NCBI GenBank assembly: GCA_012295275.1
Contig: CM022668.1
Coordinates: 10,292,001-10,356,000 of the forward strand
Source of the DNA: Chrysomallon squamiferum
Lineage: Eukaryota; Animalia; Mollusca
Length of the DNA stretch: 64,000 nt
Reading direction: 5' to 3'
Numbering within the stretch: position 1 is the first letter of the stretch; each line of letters starts with the position of its first letter. The notes beneath the pieces were generated by a model that was not told the origin of the DNA, searched no databases, and was given only the letters and a program-made list of their open reading frames with translations. The position numbers were made by a program, and so were the translations under genes. Positions 26,661 to 39,500 of the stretch are shown one piece after another.

Positions 26661-27705
26661 TCATTTTCCTGTTATCTTTTCATACGTGTTACGTGAATTC
26701 TCGTCCCACTTGAGTTTTTCGTACTCGTTCATTTGCATAGTTTGACTACTATTAACATAGTCATTTCTAGGAGTGTTTCTCTCCAACTGATCACGTGATA
26801 TCTGTGAATTAACATAACCAGAAACCACGAGTACTCTAGATTCAGACAGAGTTTCCTCGTTTCTTTGTTCAATGTTCTCATAATGTTCATCTTCGTGTTC
26901 TGAGTTTTGATGAGTTCTCACTCGGTTTACTTTAGACTCTCTCGTTGCATTTTCTGTCTTCCGTTTAAGTCTTCTTATAAAGCTGAACAAAAAAAAAATG
27001 TATATATTTATTCGTTGAACTTTTAGTTCTTCTTGCATTTTATGTCCATTGTGTATGTATATATATATTATATTTAATTATTATTAAATGTTTATATGTG
27101 TGTGTTTTTGTGTATTTTTAATGCAAGTATATATGCGTACATGTCTAAGTGTGTATGTCAGTGTGTATGTGTGCATGTGTGTGTAATGTGAGAGTTCGAT
27201 GAATTTGTATTTCTTCTTGTTTTTGTCCCTAATTTATGTATGCCAGGTATTTAAGTGTGTTTATATGTTATGTTTGTGTGCATTATTACTACATGAATAT
27301 ATGTGTCAGTGTATGTTTGGGAATGTTAGTACGCTGAGTGTGGGCATTCATATATGTGTTTATTTAATGCGTGCGTGTGTGTGTATGTATGTGTGAGAGA
27401 TAATGATTAGTACCAAACAGTGACGGTGATGAAGATGACAACCACTAAAACCAGTACAGTAGAAATGACGATGATAATCACATCTTTATTGACGTCTGAT
27501 GAAGTGACAGCTATGTGAAACAGAAAGAACAAAGAACAAAAATGAATATTTTTATTTTATTTATTATTTTAAATAAGATGCAGAGAAAAATCAATATAAA
27601 AGTATGTCTATGTCTGAGTATCTATGTTTGAATACGTCCATATGTATGTACATCTGTTGGTTCAGACGAACATAGTCTGTATTAAGCAAGGCAATTATGT
27701 CTTTT

Positions 27706-27736
<31 letters not shown>

Positions 27737-30700
27737 TTTATTTATTGCTTGATTTTTTGTTTGATTTCCTTATTTATTTCTGATTTGGGTATAAATTCTG
27801 TCTGTATCAAACTAACATAAATGTCAGTATAAACATTTCATGCAGTCCATTAAGATATTTTAGTTCTGTTATAAATATTGAATATATTGCATTGACATTC
27901 TTATGTATGTATGTAGATATGTTGATAGATAGACAGACAGACAGAAAGACAGACAGTACATAGAAATCTAAGTATATTTCAGTACAAACCTTGCGTGCAG
28001 GTTTCACCTTCCCAGCCTGACAAACATCCACCAACACAGAGTCCACTTTCATGATGACAGTTTTCAGAACTGAGACAATGTCTGTCTTCACATTTCTTTA
28101 AACACTTTTCTCCATAAGTACCCTGATTGCACTCTGAAAAATAACAGTTTTATCTTTAGCATTGCTACAGACTCACTGATATTCCATCAAAGAAAAGGTA
28201 TAAAATATAGTAAAGTGTATTAAAGTACATTTTCATATATGATGAGAGACAGAATGAGATTACATAACAGAAATAATACAGTTTTAAAAATGCATGCAAC
28301 TATTGAAGTAAAATACAAGAAAATATGTATTAAAATGATTAATGGTTCTAAGGCAGAGAAACCAGTGGTAATAATGATAACTGAACAAACGATGGTAATA
28401 AATTATGTCTCTATTATTTCTGAAGCCTGATAGTAGGAGCAATAACAATAACAGCTACATAAGAAAGATAATAATATCAGTAGTAGTCGTGGTACTTGTC
28501 GGTAGCTGTAGTAGTTGTCTTCAGGAAGAGTAGCTGTAGGTCAAGGACTAGTAGCAGCTGTTATATTAGCAAACGTTTTTGTTGCAACTGTTGTAGTAGT
28601 GGTGTATAATACTTGAATGTTATGTGTATGTGTTTAAAATTTCATGTTTTCTTAAGAAGACAAGAGTGACAAGCCAGTAGAAATTTATTTATTTTGTATT
28701 TTTACTTTCTGAACATGTGACACTTCTCCAGCCAGGTAAACATTCTCCTTCGCAGGATCCTGTCATGTGATCACAAGGTGCTTTTGTATTTTTACACTTT
28801 CTGCTGCTGCAGTTGTAAACACAGTTTGGTCCAAACATCCCATCACAACCTGAAGTAAATTAATTTATTTCTTGTTTAAAATTACAAAATTAACAAAAAC
28901 CATCATGGCCATTTAGTTTTAGTGGTACCAGCCTTCAACTGTAACCTAGGAACAAACCATTAAAGGTTGAATATGAGCGTAATCTGAACTGTTAACAAAG
29001 TCATCGGTGGTTAATGATTTCCTGTACATTAACACTGCTCTACTGCATTCCACTATTGATGAAATCAAGCTTAAAAATTTACGTTAAAATCCAGACAGTG
29101 GATTCTTCAAATATATCAATGTTTAATACAGTTTGTTAATATTTAAATGTTAAACTCATGGCAATGTTAACATTATCGTCACTGATAAATGATTTGCTGC
29201 ATGAACATCAGTCTGTTAATAGTTTACCTGTACAGTCGATTCCACTCCACCCTTCCTGACACTGTCCACCACAAGAACCAGTCACGTGATCACAGCTAGA
29301 CGTTTTGTTTCTGCAGTGTCGTTGTGAGCAATTAAATTTACAGTCAGCTCCATATGTATTATTATCACATTCTGAAAAATAGTTTAAGAGTGATTTCTTC
29401 TGTTCATAAACACCTGCAGACATAATTACATTTCTAAGTATTTTACTGCCTATCCATCTATCATATTTTCAACCTCCTTAATTAGAAGCAAACATAATAA
29501 ATACATTCATAGTTGCTACATATAAACAAACGCAAAACTATTCATAAATAAAAACATACGTACGTAATTCCTATGTATGTACGTATTTATATATGTATGA
29601 CTGATTGTACGACGTTACTTACTGATTGTATGACGAAAGTTACTGATTGTATGATGACAGTCACTGTATGATAAAACTTACTAATTGTATGATGACACTT
29701 ACTAATTGTTTTATGATTTGTACTGATTGTATTACGACACTTACTGACTGTACAGTCTGGTTGTTCCCAGCCTACAAGGCAGCCATCTTTACATGTTCCA
29801 TTCTCTGTGTCACAGTCCTGTCTACCTTTACAATGTCTGTCATCACAAGACACGTTACAGTTGTATCCGTACGTGCCATTACAACCTGACAAAAAAAAAA
29901 AAAAAAGAGAATTGGAGAAATACAAATATTTGTTTAGTAAAATACACATTTTATTATGTAATATGTGTATATATATTAGGGCAGGCATAGGAGAGTGTGT
30001 TTGATATAGGAAAAGAACATCATTTACAATATAGAAAACATTGTCAAGAACTGTTTTCAAGATCTGATTGTTTAGAGAAACTACGTCATTCCTCAAATCC
30101 TAGGTAGAAACATCAATCAATAGCAGTGTCGCTATTTGAATCTCTGTGTGTGTAAACTTTGGAATGAAAAAAGTTCGTAAAGGAATATTTTAATAAAATA
30201 TAATCTTTTCTGAGCTTTTCTTCTTTTTTCATATTTTCAGCCTTCAGTTCATATCTTTGGTAATTCCAATATTTTAGTGAGACCTCAAAAGGGACGAATA
30301 ATTAACTATTAGTGCTGTACTGATAACGAGTTGAACATGTTTGAAAAATAGACTTGACTAAAACGTGATTGCTCAAATTCGATGTACATTTTAACTCTGT
30401 ATTTCTCAGTCACTACTCAATACGTACTGGTTGTACAGTCTGTAGACTGGTATCCTCTTTCACAACCACCAACACAAGTTCCATTCACATGATCACAAGT
30501 TGAATTTCCAAAACATTTTCGATCTGCACAGAACTTTGAACAGTTTTGTCCGTATCGATCACGGGAACATTCTGAAAAACACACACATAATTTATAAAGA
30601 ATGAAAGTAAATAATGACTATCTTCTGAAACAGAATATATATATATATAATACGTCAGTAGACCTTACACTTAGTAACTGCTTAATTGTTAGGTGATTAC

Positions 30701-33700
30701 AGTTATTGACTGAAGAAGATAATATGAAACCATTACAGACTGTATAATGGCAATGATTGTTAAATGACACTAATAGATTGTATGATTACTCTGACTCTAC
30801 GAAGGTACAATGACTGTATTGTGATAATTACTGATTGTATTATTACACTTACTGACTGCACAGTCCGACTGTTCCCAACCTGCAAGGCAGCCATCTTTAC
30901 ATGTTCCAGTCTCTGTGTCACAGTCCTGTCTACCTTTACAATGTCTGTCATCACAAGATATGTTACAGTTGTATCCGTATCTGCTATGACAACCTTGACA
31001 GTGATAAGAACAAAAGTAAATTCGAGAAAAACGACAACAACAAACAAACTGAGACCTCAAACACAGACGAATAATTAATCGTTAGTCCTGTACTTAATAT
31101 GAATTGAACGTGTGAAAAAAAAAGACAGATTTATTATCTTGATTTCTCTTGCTGCTAAACTAGGAGTTAAAGAACATAGACAGCTAATCTTTGTTGGCCT
31201 AAAAAGTCAACAAACAAACAAACAAAAACGAAATAAAATTAAACAAGCACAAGACAAGCACGAAATCAAAGAAAGAAAGGAAGAAAGAAAAGAAAATAAT
31301 GAGATATACAACAACAACAAAACAAGCTTTCTACAACAGGCTTTCTCCAGCAGTTTTTTATATCTTGAATAAAATGGAATTTTTTCAGTTCGACGAACAA
31401 TATAATTTCAGTGTAATTAAGATTAAAATTTCATCTCAAGTTATCATTAACTAGTAAACACGTACTGGTTGTACAGTCTGTAGACTCGTATCCTCTTTGA
31501 CAACCATCAACACAAGTTCCATCCACATGATCACAAGTTAAATCTCCAAAACATTTACGATCTTTACACAGTTTCAAACAGTTTTTTCCGTATTTCTCAC
31601 TGGAACATTCTGAAATATAGAGACATGTACTAAACAGTATGAATGTAGCATAATGCTTTTTATTAAAATAAAAGTGATGAGATATAAAGCAATATGTAAA
31701 ACATAAAAGTAAAATGAACACTTATCAATCACTGGAACATTCTGAAATATCAGTAATGTACGTAGCTGCACAATTACGTTTTATAAAATATTGTCGACAA
31801 CAAATAAAGAAATACATACATGTAGCAAAAAAATCGTAATGCAATATTTTAATAAATGTTATGTCTTTTTTAGTATACACATTTTTTCTTTTGATATTTT
31901 TCAGCCTTGAGATCGTAACTTTGGAAATAAAAGTAATCCGAATATTTTACTGAGATTTCAAAAAGAGAAATAATGAATCGTCAGTTCTGTATATATTGCA
32001 AGTTGAATATGTTTGAAAAATAGACAGACTTATGATCTTCGCTCAAATTAGATGAAGAAGGTATCCAAAGTGTAATTAAGTTTAACATTTTATCTCAGGT
32101 TTTTATTCACTAGTAAATACGTACTGGTTGTACAGTCTGTAGACTCGTATCCTCTTTGACAGCCATAAACACAAGTTCCTTTCACATGATCACAAGTTGA
32201 ATCTCCAAAACACTTACGTTCTTTACACAGTTTCAGACAGTTCTGTCCATATCTATCACTGGAACATTCTGAAATAGCAGTAATGTACATACGTGTACCT
32301 TAATGTAGCACAATTCTGTTTTATAAAACATTACTAGCAATAAATACAGAAATGCACACAGACACACACACACACTCATACTCACACACACACATATATA
32401 GAAAGAGATAGATAGACACATAGATAGATATTCAGAGAGATAAACATAGCAAACATCGTACTTTGTGACGAATGTTACCTTGTTTGCAGTCTGTCGACAC
32501 ATAACCTGGTGTACACCCATTGTCACACTTCCCTACACTGTTACATGTCGATTTTCCATTACAGTGTCTCTCTGAACAGTCTTGTGTACAAAGTGAACCG
32601 TAGAAATGAGAGTCACATGCTGAAAACATCATCACAGAGAATAAATTGAATAATACTTGCCCAAGATAACACGTTAATATACACACAAAGATAATTGATA
32701 AATCCACAGACAGTAAATAAATACACTCATTGATACAGGCACTCACTCTGACAAACATATATATAAATAAACAAACAAAATTACATACGTTTACTTAAAA
32801 GCAATGAAATATTTCAATCTTCTTTCATTTTTAGTCAAAGTGGTCACTTTTACTTTTTTTAATATCAATATCGATATTGTCCCATCAAATAATATTCCGA
32901 TAAAACACTGTATATTCAACAGGTAGTATACATACTGTTATTAATATTCAATTCGAGTGGTAAATCACAAAATCACACTGACAGAACTGTCTAAAACAGT
33001 AACGGTCATTTAAACAATTCTTTTTTATAAATGTATAAAATTTCAGTTATTAGCAGAGTATTCGAACCTGGTGATGATGATGACATTGCTAATTGTACCT
33101 TTGATGAATGCAGTTTATGAAAATCTTGATATTATATATATTAAATATGTGAAATATAAAACAGAAAAAATTCACTTTGAATCTAATCTGTCTTTGCAAT
33201 CATTGGATTTACATATTTGAACTAAAGACGAAGAAACACTGAATTATAGAAACAAATCTAATTTACCAAACACTTGTACTTCACAGAAATCCATTGCTGT
33301 GTCACCTCTGTTATTTGTTGATTGGTAAAGTGTGACGTATCTCGCTGTTTTATCACATGTTATGTGTTTTACAATAGACGTATTAGACTTCACTGTATAA
33401 CACAAACAAGCATCAGTCCAGTTTTCACTTTGACATGTGTAAATCTTCACACCGTTCATTCGAACTTCTGTAAAGTAATGAAGAATGAACAGTAAAGTTC
33501 AATAGATTATTTTAAACAGCAAAACCATTTTCCTAATATTTCACGGAAGTTCGACATATGAATGATATGTGTAACCTTTTATTATTTCTTTATCTCTTAT
33601 TATCACTTTCATTGCTGTCTATATATCTTTTTTAATATTTGTAGAAAAATTAATCATTATTTATTACATTATACGAATATTTTCTTTTTTAATCAAAAAT

Positions 33701-34663
33701 GTACGACCGAAGATGCTGACATTACAAAACTTTATGACTTTTAAAAACACAGATTTTTTATTTAATTCCAACTATTTATTCTAAACCAATCAAATATGCA
33801 TGAAGTTACAACCTTACAAATATGTATGTGTGTTTATATATATCCAGATCGGATTAAGTGACCGAATATGATCTAAATTTCTACTTATTCTATCTAAACT
33901 TTTGAGTAGATTTGTATATGTGTATGAATACATTACTGTAATTTACAACTATGAGTTCCATAATGTTCAGGGAAGTCCCTCTGTTTGTTTATAATGAATA
34001 ATTAAAGACATCCCAGCACGAAAATCATATCAATTATTGGGTGTCAGACAGAGTATGGTTTATTTACATCACTGTTTATTACTGTCAGGTTTTCTGGATG
34101 AATGCAAGAAGAATTAACAAAGATTGTGCATTACAGTACACTTGTACGGTTGTTGCTTTTTGTATTGTGTTTCTGAGTATAGGTGATATCTCAGTGTATA
34201 CTTGTACGTGTGTAAGTAAACTTACTATCATCACGAAAGTGAACAGTTATACTTTTGTATGAAGTATTCTGTTCCAAGATCCACCTGCCACCAAGTGTAG
34301 GGTTGTCCAGTATTTGTAAGTATACAGTTAGCAGCATAGTCCCCTTGTGTCAGATCACCATCTACAGCTAGAGAAGAGCTGTGATTTTCCTTATGATACG
34401 AACTCTGTTTTTGTTGCTTTTTGAAGAGCAACATTTTCTGAAACATCAATTAAAATAAACAGTAAAATAGCAAAAATAAAATAAAATAAATATACAAATA
34501 TATGGGGATGATGATAATAATAATAATAATAAGACAAAAAAAAAAAAAAAAGCAACAGCACAAATTAAGCAGGAAACTAATATTAAATAATTATACAAAT
34601 GCTATTACAGCCCAGTTACTATATAATTTACCATTTTATGAAAATTAGTTCTAAAATAAATAA

Positions 34664-34702
<39 letters not shown>

Positions 34703-34805
34703 TACAGAACACAGAGACACACACACATATACATGTATATAATCACACGTAAGAAAATAGATACATACATACATGCATAAATGCATACAGATTTCCACAT
34801 ACACG

Positions 34806-34869
<64 letters not shown>

Positions 34870-35024
34870 CATAGACAAATGCTTGCATGCATTCGTGCAT
34901 ACATACGTACATTCGTACACACATATAAACTATGTTTTAAATAAATTTTACCAATTGTGCATTTTGGACCTGACCATCCCGGTTTTGCAAAATTAGGGGC
35001 CGCCATTACATCCTTTGACGTCAT
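26661..35024 (-). CDS. R4: class-II F-type lectin receptor with nine post-lectin EGF repeats and ITAM-like tail; 5' end lost in the gap; frameshifts near the gap
   Basis: Exons: partial 35024-34952 (EGF); 34437-34226 and 33467-33267 (lectin); EGF exons 32619-32479, 32268-32125, 31609-31466, 30993-30853, 30571-30428, 29885-29745, 29371-29228, 28849-28706, 28133-27990; TM 27510-27414; tail 26982-26661. Single-base homopolymer insertions occur in the two exons nearest the gap. Confidence 0.82.
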
Positions 35025-35224
35025 NNNNNNNNNNNNNNNNNNNNNNNNNNNNNNNNNNNNNNNNNNNNNNNNNNNNNNNNNNNNNNNNNNNNNNNNNNNN
35101 NNNNNNNNNNNNNNNNNNNNNNNNNNNNNNNNNNNNNNNNNNNNNNNNNNNNNNNNNNNNNNNNNNNNNNNNNNNNNNNNNNNNNNNNNNNNNNNNNNNN
35201 NNNNNNNNNNNNNNNNNNNNNNNN
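35025..35224. other. Assembly gap (200 N)
   Basis: Run of N separating the 5' end of R4 from the truncated 3' end of R5. Confidence 0.99.
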
Positions 35225-35792
35225 AAATCTGCTCCTCCACGTTGACCTCTGATAGATTCTATAATACTCTCCAACTCTGACACATCGAACCCGTCTTCTG
35301 GTAGGCAGAACGTTGGAACCTCTCTGACGTCGTTGTAGTAAGGGTTGACGTCATTCAGGACGTCGCCATTGTATCCCTCGTTTGTTTCCTGTACTTCTGG
35401 ATCTGACGATGCGACGATATCCTCAATGACGTCAATGTCTGACTGACTGACATCATTTGTTTCTGAAGACATTTTTGTTGAGGGGTCTAAATTTTCATAG
35501 ACGTTTTCATCTTTCTTTTCTCTTCGCTCATCTAAGATTTGAATTTAAAAGTATCACAGAATATTTAGAGTGCAAATTCAATGACTGCATCAGAAGATTA
35601 AACCTCATCGGACAGATTTTTCCACATCCAAACATACAAGTAATTGCTTTATTTTTATTATTTTTTAATCACTGTATTGATGTAACACTGTATTAAATGC
35701 ATTTTGTATCCTAAAAGGATTATTTATTTAATAATTTATTTATTCAAAAATAAAACAATGACAAAAACAACAACAACAACAACAACAACAAC

Positions 35793-35845
<53 letters not shown>

Positions 35846-36496
35846 GATGATGATGATGATAATATTACTACTCCTAATAATAATGAACAGTAATATTTAT
35901 GATTGTATGTTTGTATGTATGTTTGTATGTATGTATGTATGTATTTTTGTTTTTTGTTCAGTTTACAGGCAGAAATGCACACTAATGATAAATGCCTTCC
36001 ACACATTTTTAATAATTTGTATTTCTTTGACTCATGATTCTAACTTAATCTAATAATAAAGTAGGCGACACTGAAAACGACCAGACACTGAGCTATTTAG
36101 ATAAGTAGTTGCTTGCTGTTATTACGTACCTCGAGATGTTCTTCCTACTTCTGACATAGGTGCGTTATCTGTATCCTTGTCACTCCTTCTTCGTTTTCTG
36201 AAATAATGAAACCCAAATGTAAAATAATACGATTATATGCGGAACGGCAATAACTGTAATGATTTACTGCATATGTACTCGTAGATAGACTAACTCAGTG
36301 TGTTAATAGACTTGATTTAGATTTTCTTCTTTTCTTCTTGTTGCGGATGTTTTTCCTTGTTCTGACTGTTCTACAACTACTACATCTAACACGTTTTATA
36401 CTACAATTACTTTTACAATAAGAAGAATAAGAATAAGAATAATAACAATAACGATGTTCATGATAATAATAATAATAACAATAATAATAATAATAA

Positions 36497-36527
<31 letters not shown>

Positions 36528-39500
36528 AAGAAGAACCGGGATGAGGAGAATTAATCTTTTACCTAAATATTACAGTGACTACTACAGCAACAATAATGGC
36601 ACCACTAACAGCAGCAACGACACCACCAATTAATCCTCCAGAAACATTTGATTGTTCTTGTGCAGCTGAAATAATAATAATAATAATAATAACAACAACA
36701 ACAGCAAGAACAACAGTAAAATAAATTAATACAAAAATGTTTGTTATTACATACCAGAACGATAATGAAATTATATAATATACGATGTTATGAAATATAA
36801 AAATAAGTGAATGATTTCGAAGACAGTGATTTTCTGATGAAATCCACTGACTGAAATATGACATTTACTGATTGTATAATGATACTTATTGACTGAAATA
36901 TGACACTTATTGACTATATGATGACACTTACTCACTGAAAGATGACACTTATTCACTGTATGTTGACTCTGATTGTTTTATGATTTGTACTGATAGTATT
37001 ATTACACTTACCGACTGTACAGTCCGGTTGTTCCCAATCTGCAACGCAGCCATCTATGCATGTTCCATTTTCTGTGTCACAGTCCTGTCTACCTTTACAA
37101 TGTCTGTCAGCACAAGACATGTTACAGTTGTATCCATACGTGCCATTACAGCCTGAAAGTAGTAAAAAGATCAAACAGAAATGGAAAAAAATCAAAACAT
37201 TAGTAAGTAAAAAATAAATATTTTATTATGTATACGTATATGTTAGGGCAGACGTGATAGTGTGACTGAACAGGCGAATAAGATGATTTACAACAACGAA
37301 AAGATTCTGAAGATCAATCTTATAAACTACCTTTATAACTTCATTGTTTAGAGAAGCCACCTTATTCTTCAGAAGCTACGTAGAAATATTAATCAATAGC
37401 GACATGGCTATTTGATTCTCTATGTGTGTAAACAATTGAATAAAAAAGAAGTTCCTAAAGGAATATTATAATAAATATTATCTTTTCTTAGTTTTTTCTT
37501 TTTTCTTTTGATATTTTTTCTGACTCATAGATACACTTTTTGATTGAAAGATGATACTTACTGATTGTATGATGATACTTATTGATTGTATGATGACACT
37601 TACTGATTGAAAGATGACACTTACTGATTGTATGATGACACTGATTGTATGATGACACTTACTGATTGAAAGATGACACTTACTGATTGTATGATGACAC
37701 TTACTGATTGAAAGATGACACTTACTGATTGTATGATGACACTTACTGATTGTATGATGACACTTACTGATTGTATGATGACCCTTACTGATTGTATGAT
37801 GACACTTACTGATTGAAAGATGACACTTACTGATTGTATAATGACACGTACTGATTGTATGATAACTCTTACTGATTGTATGATGACGCTTACTGATTGA
37901 AAGATGACACTTACTGCATAAACTGTGGAATGAAAAAAGTTCGTAAAGGAATATTATAATGATCTAATTTTTCTGATTTTTTGTCCGTTTTCATATCTTT
38001 AGGAAACAAATACACTGTCGATTTCACGTCAATCCGAATATTATATTGAGGCCTACAACAGAAAGGATCAGTTAACCACTAGTTCAGTACTTTCTTACGA
38101 ATTGAACACGTTTGAAAAATACACAGACTTGATATGTTGATATGAACCAGACATGATACTGTAATGAAATTTAAAATTCTATCTCTGTGTTTCTCATTCA
38201 CTAATAAATACGTACTTGTTGTACAGTCTGTAGACTCGTATCCTCTTTGACAACCATCAACACAAGTTCCATTCACATGATCACAAATTAAATTTTCAAA
38301 ACATTTACGATCTGTACATAAATTTGAACAGTTCTGTCCGTATCTGTCACGTGAACATTCTGAAATATAGAGATATAAATTACAAAAGCTGAACGTAAAG
38401 AAAGATTACTTTATAAAATAATAAAAAATAGCAAAATATAAAGGAATATATATACATATAATTACAAAAATGGGACGTTTACTGAATGTGTGATGACAAC
38501 TAGAGATGATAATGACATGTCTGCATGATGAGATTTACTGATTGTAAAAAGACAATGATGACATTCTATGATGACATTTACGGCCATGTCTTGAACACAC
38601 TGTATAATGACATGCAATGAATTGTGGCAATTACAGTCGCTTTACGACGCTTATTCATTACGTAATTTTTTTTATATAAAGTTTTACGAAAATACAGATG
38701 TATTTATGAATCGTTCTAGTATTGTAATATTTATATCAGTATACGTTTTTTAATTACACTGATCTGTTACATGGCTTTCAATTAAATTTGTTTTAAGCAA
38801 CCATATTGCTTATCGATGAACAAAGTTTTACTTTGTATTCTTACAGGCGTTAATGGATAAGTTAGATATATCTGTATTTCCAATGTAATATATATCTTAC
38901 GTTGTTTGCAGTCAGTTGAAATGAAGCCTGCAGTACAACCATTGTCACATTTTCCTGTTACGTTGTTACACGTTGATGAACCGTTACAGTGTCTGGCAGA
39001 ACAATCTTCACCACACAAAACACCATAGTGACTGGAATCACACACTGAAATGCATGTATAAAATTAATATAAAACATTCCTAAAGTAGGTACCCTAAACA
39101 ATGATATTAAATTAACCTACCCATTTTCCAACTGCGTACAAATCTTCTTAAACAGGAATACCATGATAACATTATAGCAACAGAGTTTACCTGGTCTCTG
39201 AATAACACACGCACGCGCACACACATTTATTTTTCTATTAATAATTGTTTAATGAATTAAATAATTATAACCCTTAACAATTTTATGTTAATAAACTGTT
39301 TATCGTTTCGGTATGATACCATTACACGAGGACTCAGTCCAGTTAGTCTCACATCCGTCAGAACATTTTCCAGTAGTGTAATTACAGGGATGTGTTTTAC
39401 AATGACAAAACTCAGTACAGTGTTCACCATACGTTCCAGGGTCACACACTGAAAAGTAAATGTAAATAGAATAATCGTGAGGAATTAATACATATTGTTC

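Noticed and set aside
33990-34065. Short interspersed-repeat-like motif (cccagcacgaaaat..ttattgggtgtcag), with a diverged copy at ~60805-60860
   Set aside because: Too short and degenerate to classify or to use for species assignment without a database search.
34743-35472. ORFs that appear to fuse the R5 cytoplasmic exon with the R4 EGF exon
   Set aside because: Artefact of translating through the 200-N gap.
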